The notes: generated by a model not told the origin, from the sequence alone. A stretch of 64,000 bases of DNA from Octopus bimaculoides (GCF_001194135.2 NC_068982.1:134420733-134484732); one strand, 5' to 3'. Positions 12,508 through 26,261 are shown, counted from the stretch's first letter. Program-made: numbers and translations.

Positions 12508-12550
12508 TCCAGAGACATGTTTCTGAGTCTTTGTTCGTCATCAGTCTGGA
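12508..12550 (-). ncRNA. Minimal type-I hammerhead ribozyme motif (Penelope-type)
   Basis: Minus strand UCCAGA-CUGAUGA-cgaacaaagacuca-GAAA-CAUG-UC-UCUGGA: perfect 6-bp helix I, intact core, palindromic helix III ACAUGU, GUC cleavage triplet; helix II has two mismatches. Confidence 0.7.
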
Positions 12551-12604
12551 GTACCATGACCCGCTAGTCGAAGATGCCTGTCATTATTATTATTATCATC
12601 ATTA

Positions 12605-12820
12605 AGATGGTAAGTTGGCAGAATCAATAACACATCAGAAAAAATGCTCAACAGCATTTCTCCCAGTTCTTTACATTTTGAGTTTAAATCCCCTTGGGGT
12701 TGACTTTCATCCTTTCAGGATCAATAAAATAAATACCAGTTGAATCTTGGGGGATCAATGTAATTGACTTATGCCACCCCTCAAAATTGCTGGTTTTGGA
12801 CCAAACATTAAAAAGAATTA
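12605..12820 (+). mobile_element. SINE family C
   Basis: ggtaagttggcagaatc head, gttgactttcatcctttcaggatc core, (ATT) tail. Confidence 0.7.
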
Positions 12821-14199
12821 TTATTTTAGTAATGTAACAGCATTTTTTTTTATAAGCTTTTAATCACTATTGTTTTTTTTTTCAAAAGCTAGAAGTTACT
12901 AAACAAAGTAGTTTGTTTTCCCAATCAAATTGTTCTAGCTTTTCTAAGTGGCTTTTATCAAAAATCTAAGTTGAAGTACTTGTTTTTTATTGACACTAGG
13001 ATATTTTATAAGGATTCTTTGTATCAATTTCTTAGAAGCCACAGTTTACAGACTGACTTTGAAGTCTTTTTATTTTGCAGATTCTTGAGTCCTGATTAAA
13101 ACTGATGTTTTTATGGGGGAGAGAGAGAAAGAGCTGGTTATAATTCTTCATTTTTCTCTTTTTTTTTTTTTCCAGCTGGAATTAAGATATAATTTAACTG
13201 TTAGCATGTTCAGTCCAATTTTAGGGCTTCATGTTTTATTTCATTTCATTTCATTTGTTTTAATGACTCCTATAATCATTGCTTCTCACATAGCCCCCCA
13301 CCCCCACTCCACCCACCTACATACACACACACACACACACACTCATCTTTATCCTGTGCACACATTCTCCTGCTCTCTCTCTCTCACCATCTCTCTCTCT
13401 TTCTCTCTCACACCATATCTCCCTCTTTCTTTCTCTCAAGATAATTTCTTTTCTACTTCTCAACATATAATAGTTAATTAGTTCGGCTGCTTAAACTCTG
13501 GGTCTGTAAGTGTTGAGTTCTGATTTTGAACAAGAATTATCTTTCTCAATTTACAAAGCTGAGAGTACTTGCTTCACCTTTCCATGGTGATTAAATGCTT
13601 TAATGTACAAAAATTGGCAAGAAATAAAACCACTGATTTCATGAACATCTGTAGATAGGTTAGAGAGAGACAGGAGTAAGAGAGATCTACACTGCCACTT
13701 TATCTACTCAATATAGCAGAAGAATTTCCCTCCCAGACAATGTTAACTCAGCTGTGTATAAACTCAGTCAGCTGTGGTTCCATCCTTTTGTCCTCAGGGA
13801 CAGTAATTCTTAAACTAATGAACACATCCCTGCCAATATTAGTGAATTTTTAGTTCCTCACTCACTTCTTTATTATTATAACAAGATAAAATACAGCTTG
13901 CATCCATATAATTCTTTCTTCTCTACCATAGTGTTGGACAAGTTCAAAGTTTAAAATCCTCTTTATTTCATTAACTCATTTGTTTCCAACCCACCTGAAA
14001 CTATCCCTGGTTCTATGATACAAACATCTCCATTCTAAAGTGATCCAAGTTTTAAAATTTCCATCAAACATTTGTGCTAATTTATGTTCCAAACAATAGC
14101 TAACAAGTTTCAACTTTTAGCATAAGGACAGCAATTTTAGGGGTGGAAGATCATTGATTCCAGTGCTCAACTGATACTTATGACCTCAGAAAAGTTTGA

Positions 14200-14900
14200 G
14201 CTTAAAACAAAACTGGAAGAAATTATGCAAATCATTTTGTCAAGCAAGCTCACAATTCTTTGAACTTGCTACATTGATAATGAGTTACTTCACTAAATTC
14301 TTCATTTTGAACTTAATTGAAACCGAGATGGTGTATTTCAGTAGAAATATGGTGACAAAATCAGTAAACATGTTAATTTGTCTTCCTTTCTTGTCAGTCC
14401 TCATAGGTTCTTCTTTACAGAAACACTGCTCTGTAGTATTAGTATTTGATTGTAAATGTTGTTTCAAAGCTGTCAGTGAATTGTCATTAATAGTAATATT
14501 TAAAATATGATTGCTTCTGCCAAATTTCATGTCACCATATTTAAAATTTGAAAATTGTCTTTGATGTATGTTGGTTGTCAAAACAATTTTCCCAAATAGT
14601 TTACATAAATGAACTTGTAACAATTGCAAAGAATTCTCAATTTGAAATTCATAAAGAATACAATATTGAAAAATGTCTTTTATCTACTGTCACTTTTTTC
14701 TGTAGATGTCATAAACAAAGAGATAAGCTTGTGGTTGACAAGCAAACTTCTTAGCACATAACCATGCCTGCACCTTTTGTGTATAATAAATATTTCTTGA
14801 TCATGAATCTTGAGTTCAAATCTGCTGCAGATTATCTTTTAAGTATTTGGGGAAAACTTCTAATTTTATATATCTCAGTTCACCTGTCTGTTAGGAATAG
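14200..14900 (-). pseudogene. Possible highly decayed hAT transposase C-terminal remnant
   Basis: Minus-strand peptide FVTIFLLKYTISVSIKFKMKNLVK only weakly recalls the hAT dimerization domain; many stops. Confidence 0.2.
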
Positions 14901-15172
14901 ATCTGCAAATAACATTACCTACCATAGATTAGCATTCTATCAAGGGAAAAGATTTTATCTTTGCTTTTATTTGGCCATGCTGGGGTACTACTGTTATAAG
15001 TTGTAATATCACCTGCAAGATTCGATTGCTACATCTGCTGTAAACCGTAATAATTGTGCTAACCATTACACCAAAGTGATGTCTTTATTCAATTTAATTC
15101 TGTAAAACCATAACTAAGTACTGACCCCTTATGAGGCTATCAGATCTTTAGAAATATTCTTAAATATGTTCA

Positions 15173-15552
15173 GTGCCAGTGGCACGTAAATAGCACCATT
15201 TGAGCGTGATCGTTACCAGCGTCGCCTTACTGGCACTTGTGCTGGTGGCACATGAAAAAACATTCAAGTGAGGTCGTTGCCAGTGCCGCTCGACTGACTC
15301 CTATACAGGTAGCATGTAAAATACACCATTTTGAGTGTGGCTGTTGCCAGTACCGCTTGACTGACCCTCGTGCCGGTGGCACATAAAAGCACCCACTACA
15401 CTCTCGGAGTGGTTGGCATTAGGAAGGGCATCCAGCTGTAGAAACACTGCCAAATCAGATTGGAGCCTGGTGTGGCCTTCTGGTCCACCAGTCCTCAGTC
15501 AAATCGTCCAACCCATGCTAGCATGGAAGGTGGACGTTAAACGATGATGATG
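15173..15552 (+). mobile_element. Family B RTE-type element with TSD
   Basis: Tandem ~65-nt units, (GAT)n tail, 7-bp TSD atgttca at 15166-15172 and 15553-15559. Confidence 0.85.
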
Positions 15553-16121
15553 ATGTTCATACCCAATATACAGCAATTGATTAATATTGTTTTCTTTTCC
15601 TTGCTAAATCCATGTAAGATATATCAAGTGAAGTTAATTTGTAGTGTAGTGTTGGAATGACAGGGTTGCAAACTGTTGTACTGTAACACAGGGAATGCAG
15701 GAGGCTTCTATTTATAGAAATAAACATTACATGCATCTGGTTCTTTCGTTAGCTTGAAACACCTTTAAATTGATTTCAAGACTAATCATGTTTTAATAAC
15801 AATATTTTATCAGTACTGAGAAGAAACAAGCTTACTGCTCCTCCTCCTCTCTCTCTCTCTCCTCCTACCACCTCAGTTATTTAGATGTCTGAGTCAAACA
15901 ACTGTATCTAGCAAGTACATTAACATTTGCTTCGCATTTATTTCAGCTTAACAAGGATTTGAAGAACTGAAATTGTGGGGGAGATAGTATTGCTGCTGTT
16001 GGGGAATATTTTGCAGTGGTTAGATGACTTGCTGACTAACAGTGATGCTTCACCATAAGTTTAGGATGCATTGCTGCCAACCCACTATCACACACAACTT
16101 GAAATCAGAATAAAGACTTAA

Positions 16122-16334
16122 CCCTTTTGTTATCATACTACTGTGAATGTATCCTACTTTTATTTCAGTTTATTTAGGAAATAATGAAGGGTTTAGTAGA
16201 ATAGCTTTGTCATTATTGAGTTGGTGTTTGGAACAATTTAGCATGAAACTTTGATAGATTTTCATTTAGATCACTTTAAAAGAGGAAATTTGTGTCAGAA
16301 AACTGGGAGCAATCTCAGATTGATATTAAAATGG
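16122..16334. mobile_element. piggyBac-type MITE, diverged
   Basis: TTAA|cccttttgttat ... attaaaatgg|TTAA; internal similarity to the 24-25 kb MITEs. Confidence 0.55.
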
Positions 16335-16489
16335 TTAAACCCAGGACTGGCCAACCTGAGGCCCGTGGGCTGCATGTGGCCCGCAGACTTTTATTTTGCA
16401 GCCTGCTTCATACCTCCTTGAAATGGGTTTATTTCAACAAACATTTTTTTAATTTTATAAAAAATTAAAGATGCTACTGTTTTTGCAAT

Positions 16490-16876
16490 ACTCTTTTACT
16501 TGTTTCAGTCATTTGACTGTGGCCATGCTGGAGCACTGCCTTTAGTCAAGCAAATCGACCCCAGGACTTATTCTTTGGAAGCCTAGTACTTATTCTATCG
16601 GTCTCTTTTGCTGATCCGCTAAGTTACAGGGACGTAAATACTCCACCATCGGTTGTTAAGCGATGTTGGGTGGGGACAAACACAAACATATACACACATA
16701 CATATATATATACATACATATATATGATGGGCTTCTTTCAGGTTCCGTCTACCAAATCCACTCACAAGGCTTTGGTTGGCCCGAGGCTATAGTAGAAGAC
16801 ACTTGCCCAAGGTGCCACGCAGTGAGACTGAACCTGGAACCATGTGGTTCATAAGCAAGCTACTTACCACACAGCC
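16490..16876 (-). mobile_element. SINE family A, full length
   Basis: Full colinear reverse complement of 53300-53690. Confidence 0.9.
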
Positions 16877-19800
16877 TGAATCAACAATCATTCATTCATT
16901 ATTGTAATAATTGCATGAGAAAGCAATGCTGACACGAGGTTGAATATTTCAGTGGTGTTCTGTAGTCTTTTTTTAAATGTCTTCTCTAGACTTTGTTTTG
17001 TCTTGAATTCAGCACTACAAGCCAAGAAACACTTCAATAGCTGCCAAATTTATGAACGTCTACCATGAACTAACAGTGTATTGCTAATAAAATGATATCA
17101 ACTGTCAAATCTAGCAGTTGTAACCAAGCTACAACTTTGGATATATAAAATATTAATTTCTTTCTGAAACGACAAAGAAGCTTCATTTTAAGCAAGAGGT
17201 TGGTGGTGGCGGTGGTGGTAGTAGCAGCAGCAATGGGATAACATTACATTCATGTTGTTTTTAAATGTTAACAGCATGAGAAAAACTAAACTTCAAGCAG
17301 TGATTGAAAGCACGTCACTGTCTCATTACCTACCAGCAGCTTACCTCTTGTTCTACAGCTCTCAATACATGTTTGTGTGTCTGTGTGTGATTTGTTGTCA
17401 TATGTTTATCTTGAAATGCATTTTAAATGTAATGGAACATTTCAAGGTTGAAATAAAACTACTTTTAAAAAAATTATAAATTCATTTGATCATGCAAATC
17501 AGTTATTCCTAATACTCTTGACTTTCTGATATTACTGGCACACTTTGCATGAAAAGGTTTTTAAAATGTTTTAAAGTCACAAATCTAGAAGGAAAAATAT
17601 AGGAAACTATTGCACACCTAATCTTATTAGTATTTGTGTGTAGTAAAATAGTGAATAATGTTTTTCAAGATGCTCAACTATTAGTATAGATTTTCTAAAA
17701 CTTAATTTTTTTAAAATCCAGTGCAGCTATGTTCTGTGGCCTACCATTTGAGAATTACTGCCGTAAATATATGGCATCTGGAGAATGTTATAAAATAATA
17801 TTCAGGTAGCTCCAATGTCTCCTTTTTTGACAAGGTTTCTATTGTTGAATGCCCTTTCTAATACCAACCATGTTACAATATGTACAGAGTTCATTTTTGT
17901 CATCACCCAACACTGTAGGGGTTTACTTGCTGTCAGCAAGATGGAAGAGCCCTCTCAAGCTCTGTATTGTCACTGCTTGAATGAATTTGCCAATCATTGC
18001 AATGGATGTTTTCTTTGTAGCACTGCAATTTTGCGATTGCCTTGCAAAGTGAAAGAGGGCAGACCATGATGAATAAAACAAATTTGTGAGAGGACGATAA
18101 TAATGCAAGTCTTCCCATCCATTGAATCCAGTTGAACCTTTTCACTTATGTCAGTATGGGAAACAGATGATGATGGTGTTGTCAATATGATAATTTTTCA
18201 GACTATTAACTTCCTATTCAGAGAGGTAAATGATTTTTTTAGTGTAAAAATCTACCTTGTTTAGGCATCCATCAGTATCATACTTAGCATATGTACAGTA
18301 CTATACTTAAACTGTCATAGCGTTTGACCTGAGATAATGTCTCTTATGAATGTGCTGTTTTAAAAACAAATATTGTAGGGAGAGGTAAAAAAAAATCACC
18401 TCAGTGGGGGCCCAACAAAAACATCAGATGCATTTCGGCCTCTTTTGGGCCTTTTCAATGCAATTTGTTGTCTCCAATATGGGAAACAGTGAATAAGACA
18501 TGCTGATGTGAACAAGCACTCAGTTGAATAAAATATTTGATATACAACCCTTGTTTTCATGTGTTTGCTGATTGTAAAGAATGACTTCACTATATGTAGT
18601 GTCATTTATATGCAGTCCACCATGTAACAAGACTCGTTTGTTTTTAGTTTTCCATGTAACAATATCAGGGCTGTTTGTTGTTCAATAGATTGATGAATTA
18701 TTACCTTGCTTGGAATAGGTGACTGTTGGTGTCAGGAAGAGCATTCAACCATAGAAATCTCTGTCCCAGTGTGTTCTCATCTGACTCATGAAAGCCTGGA
18801 AAAGTAGGTATTAAAATGGTGATGAAATATGTAAAACTAAATATTGAAAGAAATTTAGCCCAACACTCCATTATTCCAACTTCTTGATTGTAAAATAATG
18901 GCATGTAAGAGGAGCATGTTTAAAATTGTCACTCAACAGCATAAATGATGTCCAAGACAAATGATGACTTCAAAACAGACGTTCCCTTCAGGATCAAATC
19001 TGAGAGATGTCGGAAGTATTATTCTTTGTTTGTTTGCCTATTTTTTAGGCATTGTGAAATTATTGAAGACTGAATCTTTGGATTAATTCATGTATGCAAC
19101 ATTATTAACAATAATTTCTGCTAATTCTTTCCAGGCATTTTCCCCCTTTTGATATATTACCCAAGACTACAAAAACATTAGGATTTCAAACCTAGTTTGG
19201 CAGGACTGGTATGGTCAATTATATCAATCTCAGTACTTTATTTTATCAACCCCTTGGAAAAATGAAAGTAAAATCAGTGCCAACAGGATTTGAACACAGA
19301 CTGTAAAGTCATAAACATTTGCAAGTAAGTTATGAATCAACCTAGTCTTAAATATATAACAATAATAACTGTGAAGATGTTACTTTGATAGTAGTAGTAG
19401 TATTTTATTGATATTTATTTTAACAATCCCTGGAAGGAATAAAAGAAAACTCAACTCCGACAGGATTTGAACACAAAGTAAATAGTCATAATACTCTGAA
19501 TATTATCAAAGTATTTGCAAGTCAGTTATGAACCAACCTAGTCCTGAGTATCAAGCTGTAAAAATTGCAAAGAAGAATAGAGGAATGGTAAAGATGCTAG
19601 TTTGATAGCTGGCTTTGATAGTAGTAGAATGATAACTATGTTTGGTAAGTAGAAATCGTAATATGTGAAAAAAAAAAAAGTTAGTTGTCTTAGCTATGCA
19701 ATTAGTGACTATATAGTAGCATTCCTGGGATGTTAGTGGTGGTGCACCCACACATTAATGTGTTTAAAGTATGCCAGTGATGGGTGCAATAGTGAATTAG

Positions 19801-21679
19801 TTTTTATATTGTAGGATAATGTTCTATATATTTATAAAACTGGTGAAATGGGAGAAACAGCAGCAAACTAAATACTGTGTAGTAATTTAGTTCCAGCCTC
19901 TTAAACTTATGTTAAAGAGTTCATATCCTGCTACACTGATTTTTTTTAAACATTCATTTCTCTTGGAACAATGAAATAAATGTAAATCTGTTGATGAGTT
20001 GATGCATTCATCTACAAATCCATGGATTTGTGGTATTTTTTTATGTTTCAAACATTAGATTGGTGCCATAATGAGGCACCATCTTGAAGGGTTTTCATCA
20101 AACAGATCCAGCTCAGTATCTTTTTTAATGTTTTTATATATTTCATCACTTAATGTCCACTTTTCCATACTTGCATGGGTCAGACAGATTTGTTGAGTCA
20201 GGTTTTCTGTGGCTGGAAGCCCTCGTTATCAACCTTCACTTATTTCTGAGCAAAGTAATATTTCCCCATTGCTAGACATTTCTTTTTTTTATGAAAGACT
20301 AGAAATGAGCAACACCTCTTGCATGATGGGGATGCTCATTTACAATCATGTTGAGACAAGGGAACATATGTATGTGTGTATGTGTTTGTACAGGAGAGCA
20401 ACTAGAGGGAGCCCATCATACATGCACATATATAAAATGGGTTCCCTTCAATTTCTGTCTACCAAATCCACTCACAAGTCACTGGTCCTCTTGGAGATAT
20501 AGCAGAAGACAGCTGCCCAAGGTGCCACACAGTGGGACTGAACCTGAGGCCACACAGTTATGCCTGTGCCTATATTTGGTTTTCTATATATATCACCATT
20601 AGCTCTAAACTTTCTGGTTGATACAGTACCACTTAGTACTGCATCCATCAACCAGTCCTGAAATGCACAATATACACAAGAATCATAGTAACTTTGCTTA
20701 CATTCATTTTGAAGCAAGTAAGGAACTCTTTGTCTTAAGGAAGTAAACTTTAATCCCTTCTATCAGTCATTTCTGTTCTTTAATAGAATTGTTATTGGAC
20801 TATGTTTTTGACTTGGAAAATTTTCAACAAGATATTAGGAGTTAATGTACTGTACAATAGTTAGACTGATACTGGATTAGTAACAATTAGTTTATGTATA
20901 GTTCTGTCTTGAGCCCAAGGGTTCATCAGGCTAGTTACTTGGTTTCCATGGCAAATAAATGACTGAGATCATGATATTGCTCCTGAATGGGACGCCAGTT
21001 CATTGCAGGGTTATTTAGTTACGGTTGAGTGAACTGAAGCAATGTGAAATGAAGTGTTTGCTCAAGAATACAACACACTACCCAGCCCAGGAATTGAAAC
21101 TATGTTTTGATGATTGTGAGTGAAATACCTTCACCACTAAACCACGTGCTTTTCGTAAATGATAGTACAAACAAAAAAATTATTTCATAGATAGGTGCAA
21201 AGCCAGATATTTAGAAGAGGTGAGAGGGATGTAGATGTACTCTAGCACTTGTTTTTTCAATCTCTGTTGCTGTTTTGGGGTGTGTGCTAAAAAATGAATT
21301 TGTTCTCTGCATGATTGGAATTCTAGAGGAATTTAATTACTGAAAAGTATTTAGTCTTTCACTCCATCCTATTAGCTAATCTGTTGCTTTTGCAACCAAA
21401 ACAATGATGTATTTACTTAAGTACAAATATCTAGAGTAGGTTTACAGTTAATTAAACTGACTCTTGTACACATCCTTGTGCTTATTTATTGATTTCTGAT
21501 ATTCGGGGTATTAAAAAGTACAGTTGATCTGATGGGTGGGTTTTGGGGTGGATTAACTAAAGGTAATAAACCAAAGTTGAAAGGTTAAAACTTTATTTTT
21601 AGTTTAGCACTTTTTAGTTAACATTCCCCATGAGGTTGAACTAATGAGTCAACATCATAAGAACCATCAAGAAGAACAT

Positions 21680-21880
21680 GTATTGATGGATTGGCCACAT
21701 AGCATGACTGAAGGACAACAAATGGACAATTAGGGTGACAGAATGGACACCAAGACAATGGACAAGGTGACAGAATGGACACCAAGACAATGGACAAGAT
21801 CAAAAGGCCAACCAAAGACAAGATCTCACTTGCTACCTAGGGCCTACATGACCAGAGACAATGGTTGAATGAGTCCAGAG
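21680..21880 (+). mobile_element. RTE-clade LINE ORF2 C-terminal remnant with 32-bp tandem duplication
   Basis: Translates GHIA*LKDNKWTIRVTEWTPR...RSKGQPKTR (RTE WAGH..RW...GRP motif); the unit ggtgacagaatggacaccaagacaatggacaa occurs twice (21734-21797). Confidence 0.7.
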
Positions 21881-22979
21881 AGGGGTTCCTTCTTCAATAG
21901 TTATGAAGCCCTGGATATTAGGGTAGGACTAAACTAAATGCTGTAAAGCAGAGGCAGGAAACCAGTGTAACCTTCTGAGAAAAAAAAAATGTTTGAGAGG
22001 AAAATCATTATACTGGAATATATTTTTGATGTTTTAATTCTGTTTATATAAATCCTTTTAAGGGTCAGGTGGTGATGATAGTGATGGTGGTATTAAACCA
22101 GGTAACAGACTGAGTTTACATCCTAAGTAGGCCCTGGTAGGATTTGAATCGAGATTGCAAAGAAACTGAACAAATACTTCTCCCACTCTAAGCATTTCTA
22201 GCCAGTCCACTGCCTCAGGTTTTATGTTATTTATCAACTCAAGAAGGATAAAAATGAAGATGGGCTTCTTTCAGTTTCCATCTGCCAACTCCACTCACAA
22301 GGTTTTGGCTGATGCAAGGCTACAGAAGACAGTTGCCCAACAAAGTAGTAGGACTGAACCTGCAGCCACATGGTTAGGATGCAAACTTCATACCCACACA
22401 GCCATGCTCGTGTGTGGCTGTGTGATTAAGAAAAGCTATGATACTGCTGTGTCTAGCATTAAAGGAAATTTACTGTAGAAGCGTGGTGGTGGTGGTGGTG
22501 GTGATGGTAGTGGCAGTGGTATAAGAATTAATGGTAATACTGATGATGATAATGGTGGTGGTGATGATTAGGATGGTGTTTATGATGATAAATACCAAAT
22601 GGTATGTTAATTAAATCCACATTTTCTATATTGACCTGAATAATTCCTTCATTGGAATAAATGTCCAATTTGCCTTAGTTTTCGGGAAGAAAAAAGGAAG
22701 GGAGTAAAAAAGAATTGAAATAATAAAAAAAAAAAACAACAAATTGGCTGTGTAGTATAATTTTGATGAAGCTAAGCTGTTTAGGCTTTGATGTTAGATA
22801 GGTCAAATGTGTCTGACAAAGTTATGAATACCAAAAAACATGTGCTTTGTGTGTTAAGATAACTCTGCCAGCAATCAGGCAAATGTCCAACTTTCTTCTA
22901 TTTCTTCTTAACTGCCACTTTTCTCTCAGTAATATTATTTTCGGTACAGTTTCCATTGCAATAATAATAATAATAATAT

Positions 22980-24255
22980 TAATAGTTTTCTAAGTTAGGC
23001 ACAAAGCCAGAAGTTTTGAGGGGTGGGTACTTGACTGGTGCTTTTATTTTATCAAAGGCAGAGTTGGAAGGATCAAAGGTAAAATTGGGCTGAGCAGGAT
23101 TTGAATTGAGAATGTAAAAGAGCTGAGACAAAAACTGCATTTTTTTTTTCTGATGCTTGAATGATTCTGCCATTCACCACCATAATAATAATAATGGTTT
23201 CAAATTTTGGCACAATGCCAGCAATTCCAGGATAGAAGATAAGTCAGTTACATCAACCTCAGTGATTAACTGGTACTTATTTTATTGAACCCGAAAGGAT
23301 AAAAGGCAAAGTTGCCCCCAGCAGCATTTGAACTCAGAATATAAAAGTGAACGAAATGCCACTAAGCATTTTGCCAAGCGTGCTAACGATTCTGCCAGTT
23401 GTCCACATTTCACTACCATCCTTTCTACTGGAAGCACAAGGCCTCAGATTTGGGGGATTAAGTCGATTATATCGACTCCAGAGTTCAACTGGTATTTATT
23501 CTATCAACCCTGAAAGGATGGAAGGCAAAGCTGACCTCAGCAGAATTTGAACTCAGAATGTAGTGACAGGGAAAATACTGCTAAGCATTTCGCCCAGCAC
23601 ACTAACAATTCTGGCAGCTTGCTGCCTTAATAGTAATAATCCTTTTTACTATAGGCACAAGGCCTGAAATTTGGGGGGAGGGGCCAGTCAATTAGATTGA
23701 CCCCACAACGTGACTGGTACTTAATTCATCGACCCTGAAAGGATGAAAGGTAAAGTCAACCTCGGCTGAATTTGAACTCAAAACCTAGCGACAGGTGAAA
23801 TACAATAATAATGATGATGATGATATTAATGATTTCTGATTGAGGCACAAGGCCTACAATTTTGAGGGGAGAGGATTTGTCAATACTATCAACTCTTGTA
23901 CATGATTGATACTTTCTTTTATTGATTCTGGAAAGAACTTAAACTCAGAATGCAAAATGACAAATCAAAAATTGCAAGGCATTTTTTTCTGATGCACTAA
24001 AAAAACCTACCAATCCATGGCCCTATCGACAACAACAATAATAATCTTTCTATTATAAACAAAAGGCCTGAAATTTTAATGATGGGGGCTAGTTGATTAC
24101 ATCAACCACAACACTTGACTAGCACTTATTTCATCAATCCCAAAGGGATGAAAAGCAGAGTCAACCTCACCGAGATTTGAACTGAGAACATTAAGATTGA
24201 AGAATGCTTCTAAGTATTTTGTCTGGCATCCTAACAGTTCTGCTAAGTTGCTGCC
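22980..24255 (-). mobile_element. Head-to-tail stack of about six family C SINEs
   Basis: Repeated (AAT)n tail + ggcacaaggcc...gaaaggcaaagt...gaactcagaa...ctgcc modules, all on the minus strand. Confidence 0.8.
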
Positions 24256-24259
24256 TTAA

Positions 24260-24484
24260 CCCTTTCGTTACTGCATTTATTTTGAGATGTTCTGTGTTTC
24301 TTTCAATTACTTTAAATACAACAAAGAATTTAGTAAAATAACTCGGTTATCATTCAGCTAGTGTTAGGAACATAAATTATGACTAAGGTTTGGTGGAAGA
24401 TTTTAATTCAAAACTTATGAATGAAAACAAGACATTTGTACTACAGAGCCAGAGCTGGTTTCAGCTGGGTTGGTAACGAAAGGG
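24260..24484. mobile_element. piggyBac-type MITE family 1
   Basis: TTAA|ccctttcgttac ... gtaacgaaaggg|TTAA: perfect 12-bp TIR, CCC/GGG ends, TTAA TSD. Confidence 0.9.
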
Positions 24485-24502
24485 TTAATGTCCACTCTTT
24501 AA

Positions 24503-24716
24503 CCTTTCTGTTACTGTATTTATTTTGAGAAGCTCTGTGTTTCTTTCAATTACTTTAAATATAACAAAGAATTTAGTAAAATAACTTAGTTATCATTCAG
24601 CTAGTGTTAGGAACATAAATTGTGACTAAGGTTTGGTAGAAGATTTTTATTCAAAACTTATGAAAACAAGACATTTGTATTCAGAGCCGGTTTCAGCCGG
24701 GTTGGTAACAAAATGG
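24503..24716. mobile_element. piggyBac-type MITE family 1, tandem second copy
   Basis: TTAA-flanked; highly similar to 24260-24484, same orientation. Confidence 0.85.
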
Positions 24717-25259
24717 TTAAAAGATCCTTCCCAAGCCACATAAGGTCAGATTCCTGGATTCTGTGGCATATATATTCCCTCCACCCCCACCACCTCCTGG
24801 ATGGGACACTTGTCCATTGCAGGGTTACTTATTTTTGCCATATGACTGAACTGGAACAACATGAAATGAAGTGTTTTGCTTAAGAACACAATGCATTGCC
24901 TGGTCCAGTAATCAAGACCACAGCCTCACAATCATGGGTACAACACCCTAACCACTAAGCCATGCACCTCTACATAATAATACTTTTAAATTTTGGCACA
25001 AAGCCAGAAATTTGGGAACTAGGGGATTAGTTGACCACACTGACCCCCAGCACTCGGCTGGTACTTATTTTATTGTTCACAAAAGAATGAAAGACAAAGT
25101 TAACCTCAGCAAAATACATATTAAGCTTTTTGTCTATTATAAAAAGGATTATTGTTGTTGTTGTTATTATTGTTAGGGCCATGGATTGGTAGTGTTTTTT
25201 AGAGCGTTAGAATAAATGCCTTGCAATTCTTGATTTGTCATTTTGCATTCTGAGTTTAA

Positions 25260-25478
25260 CCCTTTTGATACCAACCCGACTGAAACCACCTCTGGCTCTG
25301 TAGTACAAATGTCTTGTTATAAGTTTTGAATTAAAATCTTTCACCAAACCATAGTCACAATTTATGTTCCTAACACTAGCTTAATGGTAACTAAGTTATT
25401 TTACTAAATTCTTTGTTATATTTAAAATTAATTGAAAGAAACACAGAGCATCTCAAAATAAATACAGTAATGAAAGGG
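25260..25478. mobile_element. piggyBac-type MITE family 1, inverted copy inside a SINE C
   Basis: TTAA-flanked; removing it restores gcattctgagtTTAAatcctgctgagg of the SINE C head. Confidence 0.9.
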
Positions 25479-26261
25479 TTAAATCCTGCTGAGGTTAATT
25501 TTGGCTTTCATCTCTCCAGAATCAGCAAAACTTGAACTCAGAAAGCAAAGAACAATCAGAAAGGCTACTAAACACATTGTCTGATGTGCTAACAATTCTT
25601 ATTTCACCCAAAAAAGAATTTAATATCCAGTCACTGTAACCTTAAAGTATATAGTTTCTATTTGAATATAAATGAGAAGGAAAAATATCATTTTATCATA
25701 ATTAATAGTTTGTTTCAATTAATAATCACTGAACAAGGTGAATTTTTCTAAATGGAAGGAAGTTAAGTCCAATGATTTCTGAGCAGTGAGTATGTAGATT
25801 AATCTCTTGTGGTATTATTTTACCATGTTTCTGAACAAGATAAAACTGTCAGAAAATGTAAAGCAAAACAAATTTGAACTCTATCATAACATAATTGGAT
25901 GTTGTTTTTTTTATGTTAAGATTTTTGTCAATTTTTTTTCTACAGTATGTTTAGAATATAATGGCATGTGGTTGATTAAAGTGTTTAGCTCATGATCACC
26001 AGATCATGGGTTCAATTCCTGGAGTGGGTGGTGGATTGTGTCATTGGACAAAGAACTTCATTTCCCATTGCTTCAGTCCAGCCTGCTGGAAATGAATACA
26101 AGCAACAGTGGGAAAGTAACCTTGTAATGAACTGCTGACTCATTCAGGGGTCTTGTTCTCTTGGTCAGTTATATAGTCACAGAAACTAGGATAAAATCCA
26201 GTTTAATGAATCTGTAGACTTGAAACAAACTTAATAGGTTCTAAACAAAATACTGATATAC

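Noticed and set aside
13801-17760. Possible ~4-kb hAT element bounded by cagtaattctt (13801) and ttgagaattactg (17748-17760)
   Set aside because: Flanking 8-mers do not match (ctcaggga vs ccgtaaat), and a similar motif occurs elsewhere (~9263), so chance is likely.
17900-18200. Possible decayed Helitron/PIF1 helicase fragment on the minus strand
   Set aside because: Resemblance too weak; no diagnostic motif is intact.
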